64,000 nucleotides of DNA from Candidatus Nanoarchaeia archaeon (GTDB lineage: Archaea; Nanobdellota; Nanobdellia; Woesearchaeales; WJIZ01). The stretch covers positions 28,784 through 92,783 of the forward strand of contig JANQND010000002.1 in NCBI GenBank assembly GCA_028279765.1, in the 5' to 3' direction. The position numbers and the translations under genes were made by a program. Within the stretch, counting starts at the first letter, position 1. Every line of letters starts with the position of its first letter. This document shows, one piece after another, positions 27,697 to 37,710 of the stretch. The notes under the pieces were generated by a model, which did not search any database, had not been told where the DNA came from, and saw only the letters and a program-made list of their open reading frames with translations.

Positions 27697-28023
27697 GTGA
27701 GCACTATTACAGTCTCTATGACAACCTGCGAGATGAAGGGATTTCTCTCTTTCCTCATTATGTGGTTCGTAAAAAAGAAACCCATGAGCGGAACCGAGAT
27801 TGCCCTGGAGATAGAAAAGCGAAAAGGAACCAAGCCTAGTCCCGGCACTATTTATCCTGCACTCAAAGATCTCAAAGATAAAGAACTATTATCCATAGAC
27901 AAAGAAAAAAGATATTCCTTAACCAAAAAAGGAGAAAAAGAATTAGAAACTCATCTCAATATGTTCTTTAAGACCTTCTGTGATGTGGATGAGATGAAGA
28001 GTTGCTGCGGCGGGCATAAATAG
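27697..28023 (+). CDS. PadR-family transcriptional regulator
   Basis: PMSGTEI...PSPGTIYPALKDL...YSLTKKG motif; start may be ATG 27718. Confidence 0.9.
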   Translation: MSTITVSMTTCEMKGFLSFLIMWFVKKKPMSGTEIALEIEKRKGTKPSPGTIYPALKDLKDKELLSIDKEKRYSLTKKGEKELETHLNMFFKTFCDVDEMKSCCGGHK

Positions 28024-29667
28024 TCAAATCACATCAAACAATTCACTCAAATTCAGCTCAAACCCTGAAACAGGAACATCCAGTTCCCAATTAGACAATA
28101 CCTGAGGAGAAATCTCTCCAATATAGGCAACTTTCTTACCCTTAACAACAACCCTACCTATTCTGCCAGCAATAAACGAGGGATGCTCAGCAGCAATAAT
28201 CGAATACTCAACACCAATCATTCGAAATAAATAATCCAGAATCTGCTTGCTTCGGGTATAATCTGCCTGCTCTGAGCAAAGCAAACAAGCCAAACGCTCC
28301 TGCTCAACCACGCCCGTATCAGACTGGCCTTTCTTGAAAATACTGCCCAGAGAATAAATATGCTGCGGATACTCGTGATGTTTATTCGAGCGCAATACCT
28401 CTAAAAGTAAAGGAATATTCCAGGCAGATAAAACACTAAACTCCTTATTCAAAGCATTAGACAATGAGATTAAAGGAACCGAACAATTCATCAACGTAGT
28501 CTGATAATCTTTATTGGTAATATGATAGGTCTTGCACTCCAATAATCCAACCCCAGCTAATATGTCAGAAACCTTGCGGCAAAAAATCGTAAACGGTTTC
28601 TCTGCTCCAATAGTTGAAACCTTAGGAATAACCTCAGGAATATTCTCATACCCATAGGCAATCGCAATATCCTCTGCTAAATCAATAGGATGCAGTACAT
28701 CTGCGCGGTAAGAAGGAACCAAGGCTTTTCCTTTGGAATATCCATGCCCCATCTTACCTAATAACTCCTTCACCTGAGCCTCAGAAAGCTCAATACCAAG
28801 GCGCTTACTAAGGTAACCCAAATCAAAAGCAAGAGGTGTAGCAGAAAGATCAGGAGAAACCATTTTCTTACCGTACATTTCAATCTCCATGGAATAAATT
28901 TCTCCTCCCATATCAGCAAGCGCAGTCACAATCATGTTCAGGCACGTAGACAAAACCGAATAATCAAATCCAGAGCATTCAATAAACACATCCCTTGTAT
29001 CCAATCCGATCTTTCCCACTTCATGCGAATTAATAATAGGAGGCATAGACAAAATCTGATCGTTAGCATCAACAAAGAGAGGAAACTTGGGTTTCCCCTC
29101 CAGCAAATGCCCATAATCCTTGCCAGTAGGATGCGAAGACAATACCTGTAGCCCGCTCATCTCCTTCGAAGACTCCAGCGGCCTGAAACGAATATCCTTT
29201 GGTGCCAAAGCCTTGAAGCGAATAGGCGTCTGGATCTTTTCGAAAGGATACACCCCAATTGCAACCTTTTTTCGATTACGGCCATACGTAATATGCAGTT
29301 TTTCCTGAATCTGAATGATCTCTTTTATTTTCTCATCATCAAAACGAAGACCTTTTACTAAAGCACAAGCAGTATACGGACGAACAGCCTTAACCGAGCT
29401 CTCCACAATAACCTTATGGTTTGACTTCTTCACTGCATATTCTCGCAAGCCTGTTTTCACACCAATAAAGCTTGAAAATGCACGCGCAAATCCCTGCTCA
29501 GAGAGCATATCGGGCCTGTTAGGAAAAATCTCTACTTTAATCTCCGATTTCGTCAGCTCATCAAGGTCAGTACCCAGATAACTAATACGGTCCCGAAGCT
29601 GTGCATCAGGAATGCTCTTCCCAACCAGCTTTTCAAATTCCGCTCTGTTAAGGGTTACAGTAGGCAT
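28024..29667 (-). CDS. pheT: Phenylalanyl-tRNA synthetase beta subunit
   Basis: PNRPDML, QEKLH, SMPPIINS and DLAEDIAIAYGY motifs. Confidence 0.96.
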   Translation of the reverse strand: MPTVTLNRAEFEKLVGKSIPDAQLRDRISYLGTDLDELTKSEIKVEIFPNRPDMLSEQGFARAFSSFIGVKTGLREYAVKKSNHKVIVESSVKAVRPYTACALVKGLRFDDEKIKEIIQIQEKLHITYGRNRKKVAIGVYPFEKIQTPIRFKALAPKDIRFRPLESSKEMSGLQVLSSHPTGKDYGHLLEGKPKFPLFVDANDQILSMPPIINSHEVGKIGLDTRDVFIECSGFDYSVLSTCLNMIVTALADMGGEIYSMEIEMYGKKMVSPDLSATPLAFDLGYLSKRLGIELSEAQVKELLGKMGHGYSKGKALVPSYRADVLHPIDLAEDIAIAYGYENIPEVIPKVSTIGAEKPFTIFCRKVSDILAGVGLLECKTYHITNKDYQTTLMNCSVPLISLSNALNKEFSVLSAWNIPLLLEVLRSNKHHEYPQHIYSLGSIFKKGQSDTGVVEQERLACLLCSEQADYTRSKQILDYLFRMIGVEYSIIAAEHPSFIAGRIGRVVVKGKKVAYIGEISPQVLSNWELDVPVSGFELNLSELFDVI

Positions 29668-29668
29668 T

Positions 29669-31201
29669 CTATTTCATCCACGCTTTCATTTCACGTAATT
29701 GCTTCAAATCATTTTTATACAATTCACGAATATCAGAAATATTCCAATACTCTGAGATAATTCTTCCAAGCCCAAGGCCCCAGGCAAGCACCGGAACTTC
29801 TTTTCCCATCAACGGTTTCGTGACCTCTGCCCGAAAAACACCACATCCGCCAAGCTCAATCCATTTTTTCGTTACCGGATGCAGAACCTCTATCTCTGCC
29901 GAAGGCTCGGTATAGCCAAAATGCCCCGGGCGAATCCGCACATCAGGATACCCCATCTTCGTAAAAAACTCCCGTAAGTATCCCTTCAGGTGAGTAAAAT
30001 TCGCATCAGGATCAACCACGATTCCTTCTACCTGATAAAACTCAAATAAATGCTTGGGGTCAAGCGATTCATTACGAAAAACCTTCCCCACAGAAAAAAA
30101 TTTCGAAGGGATCTGCGAATCCCTCAATCGGGCAATAGTCTGTGCAGAAAGTACTGTCGTATGCGTTCGCAGCAAGTTCTCTTTGGCAACATCAGGTGAC
30201 CACTTCCCGCCCCAGCCGGAGCTTCCGGTATCCCCTCCATTCTCATGCACATCTTTGATTTTTTTAGCAATAGGGGGCAAAGTACCTGATGCAGGATCCT
30301 TAATATAAAACGTATCCTGTTCCTCACGAGCAGGATGATCCTGCGGAACAAACAGGCTGTCCAGATCCCAAAAACTCGTCTGAACCATGTTTCCGCTCAT
30401 TTCCTCAAATCCCATCTCCAGCCAGATTTTTCGGATATAATCCACTGCCTGGCTCACGAAATGCCGCTTGCCACCTGAAATCGCAGGAACATTGATAGAA
30501 ACATCATACTCTCTGAATGTCTTTCCTTTCCACTTGCCGGTCTTCAGCATAGAGGAAGTTAATTTATCTTCAACTTTGCCGGAAACTTTTACCGTCTTCA
30601 GTTTTTTTCCAAGGTCAGTGAGTGTAATAATTTTCTGTGAGCTAACATTCAGCGCAACAATGCCCTTTCTTTTCTTCAACTCAGAAAAAGCAAACTTTTC
30701 TTCCTCAGCAAGCGAAGAAGGGTCAAGGGGAAATTTTTTCTTCAGAAACTTCTCCTCCAGCGTCTCCTTTGAAACCAAACCCTTACCAGCATCAGTAAGA
30801 GAAATCATCATTTCTTTTTCTTTAGAAATATCAATCGCAGCCTTTCGTTTAAGCAGCCCAATGCAGATATTCACTTCCGCAGAATCCAGCCCTGCTTTCT
30901 TGCTAATCTGAGAGATTCCTAAAGGAGTAGAACTCAGTGCAGACAAAAACCTACGCTCAGGAAGACCCTTTTTCTGATAATCAGTACCATTCTTCCCTAA
31001 TTCAATTAATTCTTTTTTCTCATCAGTAATGGATAATGCTTTCCTATTCGAAAGCCACTGCAAAGCCCGCATAGCCTCCACAATACTCAATTTGGATTTC
31101 TGCGCAAGCTCAGCAAGGGACATTCCTGTAGCTAAATACGGCACTACCTTGCGCTCAAGAGGATGTAGATTTTTTGCAATATTCTGAATATCCGAACTCA
31201 T
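29669..31201 (-). CDS. pheS: Phenylalanyl-tRNA synthetase alpha subunit
   Basis: PQDHPAREEQDTF, LRTHTT and YTEPSAE motifs; ATG 31201 preferred to GTG 31222 because a TATA-like TTTTAAAG lies about 25 nt upstream. Confidence 0.96.
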   Translation of the reverse strand: MSSDIQNIAKNLHPLERKVVPYLATGMSLAELAQKSKLSIVEAMRALQWLSNRKALSITDEKKELIELGKNGTDYQKKGLPERRFLSALSSTPLGISQISKKAGLDSAEVNICIGLLKRKAAIDISKEKEMMISLTDAGKGLVSKETLEEKFLKKKFPLDPSSLAEEEKFAFSELKKRKGIVALNVSSQKIITLTDLGKKLKTVKVSGKVEDKLTSSMLKTGKWKGKTFREYDVSINVPAISGGKRHFVSQAVDYIRKIWLEMGFEEMSGNMVQTSFWDLDSLFVPQDHPAREEQDTFYIKDPASGTLPPIAKKIKDVHENGGDTGSSGWGGKWSPDVAKENLLRTHTTVLSAQTIARLRDSQIPSKFFSVGKVFRNESLDPKHLFEFYQVEGIVVDPDANFTHLKGYLREFFTKMGYPDVRIRPGHFGYTEPSAEIEVLHPVTKKWIELGGCGVFRAEVTKPLMGKEVPVLAWGLGLGRIISEYWNISDIRELYKNDLKQLREMKAWMK

Positions 31202-31259
31202 CTGTACGTACTGATATTTCACTTCACTTTAAAAGATTAACTTTCAAATCAGTTAGTTA

Positions 31260-31349
31260 GGCAACAACAATGGCGTAGGCGAGCTTAGTCTCTAAGCTCG
31301 AAATTTTGCCTGCGGCAAAATTGGCCTACCTGCCATTATTGTTGTTGCC
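31260..31349. repeat. Branched (Y-shaped) palindromic element, REP/MITE-like
   Basis: 12-bp terminal inverted repeat GGCAACAACAAT/ATTGTTGTTGCC, then GTAGGC/GCCTAC, enclosing hairpins GAGCTTAG-tct-CTAAGCTC and AATTTTGCC-tgc-GGCAAAATT. Confidence 0.8.
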
Positions 31350-31415
31350 GTACGAAAACATAACAACTCTCCACATATCTATATTATTGTTGCCAAAAAA
31401 ATAATAAACAATCTT

Positions 31416-32288
31416 TTATGTACTATCCAATTGGTCAATAAACAACTCACCCTTCTTCCTTTTCTTCTTTGCAAGGGTTTCAATAATATAGTCACTATAT
31501 TCCTGCGCCTCATCCTTAAATTCGCCTAAATAATTAGCACCTACCATAAAATAATCAATAAACCCGTCAACATCCTTCTTCTTAATGACAGAATACAACT
31601 CCTTGCAGGTGTCCATATACGTCTTAATCGCCTTTTCACTATACGGGTTATGCGTTCCGATATGCGCATACAGGTGCGGCTCCTGATTCAAAATTCGGCC
31701 AACCATATCCATACGCAGCTTATAGATAGGAGAGCCGAAGTCCTCGCTCTCCATCACATCAATATCCAGCTCCTTCAATACGTGGCTCATAGTAATCGAG
31801 CTAAAATGAGTAACTGCCTGTACTACCGACATCATCTTATCATGCTTTTGTGCAGAAGTAACCTTGATTTTCGCTCCTTCTTTCAAGAAAAGAGAAGTAA
31901 GCCACCCCTGCCATTTATTGCCGCGACCGGGACAAATCACCATGGTTTGGTTTCGCATGCTCGATACACTCGGGCCAAACACCGGATGAAGCCCGAGCAC
32001 CTCAGAAGGGGAATGTTCAAGCATCAACTCAATAGGCTCTTCCTTAATAGAAGTCAAGTCTGTCAATAACGCATCAGATCGAACATGAGGAGCTATACGC
32101 TTGATCACAGACTCCAAAGCATCCATGGGAACAGAAATAATCACCACATCTCCCTTTGCTGCAGCCTCTTCCATAGAAACAGCAGTTTTTCGGCCGCTCA
32201 GAATAACCGTGCAGCCGTGTCGCTCAAAAAAATGCTTAAACCATTGACCCATTGCACCGGTCCCGCCAATAATGCTTATCGTAGTCAT
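31416..32288 (-). CDS. tyrA: Prephenate/arogenate dehydrogenase
   Basis: IIGGTGAMG, DLTSIK, HPVFGP and HDKMMSVVQAVTH motifs. Confidence 0.92.
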   Translation of the reverse strand: MTTISIIGGTGAMGQWFKHFFERHGCTVILSGRKTAVSMEEAAAKGDVVIISVPMDALESVIKRIAPHVRSDALLTDLTSIKEEPIELMLEHSPSEVLGLHPVFGPSVSSMRNQTMVICPGRGNKWQGWLTSLFLKEGAKIKVTSAQKHDKMMSVVQAVTHFSSITMSHVLKELDIDVMESEDFGSPIYKLRMDMVGRILNQEPHLYAHIGTHNPYSEKAIKTYMDTCKELYSVIKKKDVDGFIDYFMVGANYLGEFKDEAQEYSDYIIETLAKKKRKKGELFIDQLDST

Positions 32289-33556
32289 TCTTCAATCCGA
32301 AAGGAACACCCCAATGCATTCATTTTGGAAACAAACAAAGGAAATGTAACATCAAGAGCATCAGCATTTTTAATACTAGTGATTCCGCTTGCGCCAAGCC
32401 CTGCACAGCCCAGTGCCATAATTGCCCGATGGTCCAGATGGCCATCAACGGAAGTACCAACCAAAGAAGATTTCCGAACAACTAGCCCATCTTCTCTCTC
32501 TTCAATCTGAGCACCAAGTTTTCGAAGCTCAGAGCACATAACCGAAATCCGGTCCGTCTCCTTAATGCGCGCCTGCGCAACATTTATCAATCGGGTCTCG
32601 CCGGAAGCAAAGCATCCCAAAACCGCCATCACCGGCAGCAGATCAGGCGTATCATTCAGATCCATCTCAACGCCTTTAAGCGAAGAAGGCGTAACAGCAA
32701 GTGAACCATCAACCCACCGTATATCAGCTCCCATTTGCTGCAAAAAAGAAATTATTCGCTTATCACCCTGCGAATCATCAGGATCAAGACCTGAAAAAGT
32801 AAGTGATGAGCCCGTAACCAAAGCAGCACACAGAGGAAACGCAGCAGAAGACCAGTCTGCAGGGATTGTTTTCGAAAACCCGGGATACGATTGCCCTCCG
32901 CTCACAGAAAACGTCGTTAAATGTTTGTGAGAGTAAGCAATATTCAACTCATCCAACCATCCTAACGTCATCTCCACATACGGCTTCTCATGCAAATCAG
33001 TAACCGTAATCACTGTATCATCTGAAAGTAACGGAGCAACCATCAGCAAACTCGTCAGATACTGTGACGTCTTTCCTGAAACCGTAACCTCTTCACCTCT
33101 TAAAGGACCCCCTACTTTCAGAGGAGCGCAGCCATTCCCCTTAACGCTCTTAGCAGCTCCTCCTAACGACTCCAACGCATCAAGCAAAGGCTGCATAGGA
33201 CGGGATCGAAGAGACTCATCTCCATCTAATCTTGTAGTCCCAGGACCCAACGCAGCAATGGAGCTAAATATGCGAAGCGATGTTCCGGAATTGCCAAGGT
33301 CAATGGAATCAACTGAATTAATGTCCTTTCCAACACCAGTACATTCCCATTTATTTCCTCTCTTACTTACCTTCAACCCTAAAGCCTGAGCAGCAAACAA
33401 AGCAGACAAAGTATCTGCAGACTCCAAGGGGTTATGAATAACAGACTTCTCAGAACTCAGCAAAGCAAATGCAAGTGCTCGGATAGTGTGCGATTTAGAC
33501 GAAGGTATAGCAATAGATCCACTAAGACCAGAGGTCTTCTCCACAGCAAGTTTCAT
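32285..33556 (-). CDS. aroA: EPSP synthase (3-phosphoshikimate 1-carboxyvinyltransferase)
   Basis: PSSKSHTIR, GNSGTSLR, KETDRI and DHR motifs. Confidence 0.96.
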   Translation of the reverse strand: MKLAVEKTSGLSGSIAIPSSKSHTIRALAFALLSSEKSVIHNPLESADTLSALFAAQALGLKVSKRGNKWECTGVGKDINSVDSIDLGNSGTSLRIFSSIAALGPGTTRLDGDESLRSRPMQPLLDALESLGGAAKSVKGNGCAPLKVGGPLRGEEVTVSGKTSQYLTSLLMVAPLLSDDTVITVTDLHEKPYVEMTLGWLDELNIAYSHKHLTTFSVSGGQSYPGFSKTIPADWSSAAFPLCAALVTGSSLTFSGLDPDDSQGDKRIISFLQQMGADIRWVDGSLAVTPSSLKGVEMDLNDTPDLLPVMAVLGCFASGETRLINVAQARIKETDRISVMCSELRKLGAQIEEREDGLVVRKSSLVGTSVDGHLDHRAIMALGCAGLGASGITSIKNADALDVTFPLFVSKMNALGCSFRIEE

Positions 33557-34617
33557 GATATCAGCTTTTGTGCAAAAAGGGCATCAACAAGAGTAATCGC
33601 GGTCATGCTCTCTATCACCGGAACCATGCGCGGACATAAACAGGGGTCATGTCGCCCCTGCACGGAAATATTTTTCCGCTTGCCGTTCACGTCAATCGTT
33701 GATTGCTCTTTGCCAATAGAAGAAGGGGGTTTAATTGCAGCACGAAACACAATCTGCTCCCCGTTAGAAATGCCGCCGGAAATACCGCCGGCATTATTTG
33801 TCTTCAAATGCACCTTTCCTTTTTCACCGATATCAAACTCATCATTATTCTCTGAGCCTTTAAGTACCGCTGACCCAAAGCCCATGCCAAACTCAATACT
33901 TTTGACCGCACCAATAGAAACAATAGCGTGCGATAGCTTTGCATCAAGCTTTTCAAAAACAGGATCGCCTAAACCTATCGGGCAACTATTCACCACGCAC
34001 TCCACAATGCCCCCCAAAGAATCACCTTCTTCCTTTGCTTTCTCAATCTCAGAGAGCATCAGTTTAGCAGCATTCTTATCCGGACATCGAACAGGATTTT
34101 TCTCAATCACCTTATAATCAATCGTCTCTGCTTTGACCTCGTGCACCTGTAAAGTATACGCGATTACACGAATATCATGCAGTGATAAAATTTTCTTTGC
34201 AATTGCGCCCGCAGCGACACGAGCCAAAGTCTCGCGACCTGACTGACGACCGCCTCCGCGATAATCCCTGTGGCCATATTTTTTTTGAAAAGTATAGTCC
34301 GCATGACCAGGCCGATACAAATCCTTGATATGCTTATATGCAAAAGGGTCTGCATCCTTATTATACACAACCAAACAAATAGGAGAGCCGATTGTTTTGT
34401 CCTCAAAAATTCCGCAAAGAATCTCTACCTTATCTTTTTCGGAGCGGGAAGTCGTTGCTTTGCTCTGTCCTGGTCTCCTGCGATCTAATTCCTTTTGAAT
34501 CTCCTGCTTCTTCAAAGAAATCCCAGCAGGAACACCGTCAATCACTACTCCAACAGCTGGGCCATGCGATTCGCCAAACGTAGTAACCCGAAAAAATCGT
34601 CCGAATGTATTACTCAT
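33553..34617 (-). CDS. aroC: Chorismate synthase
   Basis: TTFGESHG, RPGHAD, NNAGGISGGISNG and GRHDPC motifs. Confidence 0.97.
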   Translation of the reverse strand: MSNTFGRFFRVTTFGESHGPAVGVVIDGVPAGISLKKQEIQKELDRRRPGQSKATTSRSEKDKVEILCGIFEDKTIGSPICLVVYNKDADPFAYKHIKDLYRPGHADYTFQKKYGHRDYRGGGRQSGRETLARVAAGAIAKKILSLHDIRVIAYTLQVHEVKAETIDYKVIEKNPVRCPDKNAAKLMLSEIEKAKEEGDSLGGIVECVVNSCPIGLGDPVFEKLDAKLSHAIVSIGAVKSIEFGMGFGSAVLKGSENNDEFDIGEKGKVHLKTNNAGGISGGISNGEQIVFRAAIKPPSSIGKEQSTIDVNGKRKNISVQGRHDPCLCPRMVPVIESMTAITLVDALFAQKLIS

Positions 34618-34634
34618 ATCCTCATCGCCTCAAC

Positions 34635-35147
34635 CTAAAAATGAGCAGCAATCTCATCTGCAATCTGCTGTGCTGACCTCCCATGTGCAACAACAGTAAC
34701 GTCTGCTGCCTGCTCATACAGAGGCGATCGCTCCTTAAAAAGCTTTTCAAAGCGATCAGGTGCGTCTGCACCTGAAAACAGGGACGTCTTTAACTGGGTA
34801 ATGCGATCAAATAAGACCGATTTTTCTTCCTTAATATATACGACAGTACCTAAAGAACGAATGAGTTCACGGCTCTTCAAAAGAGAAAGGGAACCCCCTC
34901 CTACTGCAATAACACAATTGTCCCTTTCCTTCATCGACTCCAAGGCAGTAAACTCAAGCTCCCGAAAATAGTTCTCTCCATGCCTGGAATAAATCTCCTG
35001 AAAAGGAATTTTCCTGCCATGCTCTCTCTGATACAATTGTTCAATGACCATGTCCAAATCAATGAATTCCATCTTCTGCAGGCGAGCAAGAAGGGAACCT
35101 ACCGTCGATTTTCCCACAGCCTTAAATCCGATCAAAACAATATTCAT
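34635..35147 (-). CDS. aroK: Shikimate kinase, bacterial NMP-kinase type
   Basis: MNIVLIGFKAVGKS P-loop, GENYFRELE, GGG and RSPLY motifs; start moved to ATG 35147. Confidence 0.92.
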   Translation of the reverse strand: MNIVLIGFKAVGKSTVGSLLARLQKMEFIDLDMVIEQLYQREHGRKIPFQEIYSRHGENYFRELEFTALESMKERDNCVIAVGGGSLSLLKSRELIRSLGTVVYIKEEKSVLFDRITQLKTSLFSGADAPDRFEKLFKERSPLYEQAADVTVVAHGRSAQQIADEIAAHF

Positions 35148-36619
35148 TATTCCACCATATACTGCAGGACGCAGTCTTCCATAAACAGAGGGTCTGCTTT
35201 TTTCCCGGTCCACAGCGTGAATTGATGCGCTGCCTGCGCAACAAACAGAGACAAGCCGGATACCGTCTTGCAGCGCATTCGCTCTGCCTCATGCAATAAC
35301 TTCGTAACCAAGGGGTTATAGATCACATCAAACACTATCAACCGGTCTAAATACTTTCTATCGATAGGCATATCATGAATACGCGGGGACATACCCACTG
35401 ATGTGGCATTAATCAGAATATCAACAGACTTCCAGTCAATACTGGAAAGAAACGCATGAACCGCGCCCAGCTCCTTAGCCAATTCCTCTCCTTTGTCTGC
35501 AGAGCGATTAACAATCATCAATTCAGAGACCTTACCCACTAAAGCATATCCGATAGCACGTGCAGTCCCTCCAGCACCCAGCAGCACAACTTTCTTGCCT
35601 TGCAGCGAAGTCTTCTCCAGCAAAGCATCAAGCGCTCCCTGTGCATCAGTGTTATATCCTACCAATTTGCCCTTCTTTTTTACAACTGTATTCACTGCTC
35701 CAATCTTTTGTGCAAGAGGATCCAGCTCATCAAGAGAAGAAACAATAGAAGATTTAAACGGCATAGTCACACTCAACCCGTCAAAAAAATCCCGAAAATC
35801 GGAAACAAACGCATCAATATCGTCTACCAGGAAATTCAGATACACCGCATTAATTCCTTCTTCCTTGAACAGCAAATTATGCAGTAGGAATCCTCTGCTC
35901 TTGGACACTGGATTACCCACTAAACCATAAACTTTCAAACCCTCAGGTTTCAGCGAGCTAACCCTATACGCTTTCTTCAAATGCTCAATGGGAATTTGTC
36001 CTGGTGCTGTCTCCTTGCCGCGAGCTAAAGAACCATACGTCAAATACGAGCCATAAGCAACATTTAGGACACGGGAAATCTCTCCCTTCTCTCCCATAGC
36101 AATCCCTATCATGCTTACGCTCTCTTTTTTCGCTCTTTTCAGCAAATCAAAAAGAACAAGGTTATCAGAAAGGGAATCAGCCATGCTGGCAATCTTAATA
36201 ATATCCGCCTTAGAAGACTTCAAAGAAGCATACACACTATCCAAGTCGGAAGGAAACTGCTCAAAATGATGAGAGGAAACAATAATCTTCGTTGACTTCT
36301 CCATCTTCACAAAAGAGGAAACCTCAGAAGCACCACTGCTCCATTCAATATCAACATAATCAGCACCTAAAGAGATACATTCTTTAAGTAAAGCAATGCG
36401 CTCCTTCTCGCTACCGGAAAACCTTCCTCCTTCTGCTTTACTTCGACAAGTAAACAGCAAAGCACAAGGCTTACGATCCAGCAAATAAGAGATATCATCA
36501 GAACTGGGCTCTTCAAAATAGTCCAGGCGAATCTCGATCACATCAGCACGGCCACGAACAAATTGCATATCCTGTGCTGCCTCTTCCCTCCCTCTAGAAG
36601 TAAGCGAACAGCAAATCAT
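35147..36619 (-). CDS. aroDE: Bifunctional type I 3-dehydroquinate dehydratase / shikimate dehydrogenase
   Basis: N-terminal EIRLD, IVSSH and APGQ motifs; C-terminal SVTMPFK, GAVNT, GYNTD and NATSVGM motifs. Confidence 0.94.
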   Translation of the reverse strand: MICCSLTSRGREEAAQDMQFVRGRADVIEIRLDYFEEPSSDDISYLLDRKPCALLFTCRSKAEGGRFSGSEKERIALLKECISLGADYVDIEWSSGASEVSSFVKMEKSTKIIVSSHHFEQFPSDLDSVYASLKSSKADIIKIASMADSLSDNLVLFDLLKRAKKESVSMIGIAMGEKGEISRVLNVAYGSYLTYGSLARGKETAPGQIPIEHLKKAYRVSSLKPEGLKVYGLVGNPVSKSRGFLLHNLLFKEEGINAVYLNFLVDDIDAFVSDFRDFFDGLSVTMPFKSSIVSSLDELDPLAQKIGAVNTVVKKKGKLVGYNTDAQGALDALLEKTSLQGKKVVLLGAGGTARAIGYALVGKVSELMIVNRSADKGEELAKELGAVHAFLSSIDWKSVDILINATSVGMSPRIHDMPIDRKYLDRLIVFDVIYNPLVTKLLHEAERMRCKTVSGLSLFVAQAAHQFTLWTGKKADPLFMEDCVLQYMVE

Positions 36620-37698
36620 TGCATCTCACTGAGGACCTGCAATACCACATCATCCCCTGCCTCAACATCTATCTCCATATGTCCGATACTGGTTGGGAGC
36701 GCATACTGAACCACTCCTTTTGAAGATTTCTTATCATAAGAAGTGTGCTCAAGGACTTTGCGGGCACTATACGGAATAGCAGGCGAAACGCCAAGCTTTT
36801 CAATCAGATCAATGATCTTTTGATAATCCCTTGCATTCAGAATACTCATTGCTTTGGCAATCTTTGCCTCAGCAACCATCCCTAAAGCAACTGCCTCTCC
36901 GTGCGCAAGCGCATAATCAGAAACCTTCTCAAGAGCATGCCCAATCGTATGACCAAAATTCAGAATCTTCCTGATAGACTCTTCCTGTTCGTCCTGCTCA
37001 ACAACATCGCGCTTGATCGTGCTGCTCCATTCAATCGCCTTGCTCAGTGCATCTTCATCGCCGGAAAGGAGTTTTTCAAGATAATCCTCCATAAAAATAA
37101 AGAACTTCTCATCTGAAATAATACCATGTTTGATCATTTCAGTAATGCCATTGCGAAACTCTTTTTCGGGAAGTGTCTTGAGAACTGCAAGGTCAATGAA
37201 TACTCTTTTGGGCTGATAGAATGTGCCAATCATATTTTTGCCAGACGCAGTATTGATTCCGTTTTTTCCTCCAATACTGCTGTCCACCATAGCAAGCAAG
37301 GTAGTGGGAACATACACATAAGGTATTCCGCGCATGTAGGTGGAGGCAACAAACCCGGCAATATCTCCTACTACACCCCCTCCTAAGGCAAGAATCAGGC
37401 TATCGCGCCGAAAACCTTCACTGATAAGCATATCTTCTATACGCGCCTTAACCGTTCTATTCTTTGACTTTTCTCCTGCAGGAATAGTCACCAGTACACT
37501 ATTTAGGCCCTGTTTTTTAAACAGCTCAAAAAGATCCTTGCCGTACAGTTTCTTAACCGTAGAATCCGTAACAATTGCGATCTTGCTCAGATTCAGTTTA
37601 CTCAAGCCCTCAGCAAGTGATGCAAATAAATCATTTCCAATGACAATATCATAAGAGTGATCTACTGTTTTTTCAAGATCAACGCGCACGTGGTTCAT
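36616..37698 (-). CDS. aroB: 3-dehydroquinate synthase (bacterial AroB type)
   Basis: GGGVVGD, PTTLLAMVDSSIGGKNG and LNFGHTIGHA motifs. Confidence 0.96.
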   Translation of the reverse strand: MNHVRVDLEKTVDHSYDIVIGNDLFASLAEGLSKLNLSKIAIVTDSTVKKLYGKDLFELFKKQGLNSVLVTIPAGEKSKNRTVKARIEDMLISEGFRRDSLILALGGGVVGDIAGFVASTYMRGIPYVYVPTTLLAMVDSSIGGKNGINTASGKNMIGTFYQPKRVFIDLAVLKTLPEKEFRNGITEMIKHGIISDEKFFIFMEDYLEKLLSGDEDALSKAIEWSSTIKRDVVEQDEQEESIRKILNFGHTIGHALEKVSDYALAHGEAVALGMVAEAKIAKAMSILNARDYQKIIDLIEKLGVSPAIPYSARKVLEHTSYDKKSSKGVVQYALPTSIGHMEIDVEAGDDVVLQVLSEMQ

Positions 37699-37710
37699 AC
37701 TCCATCTACC

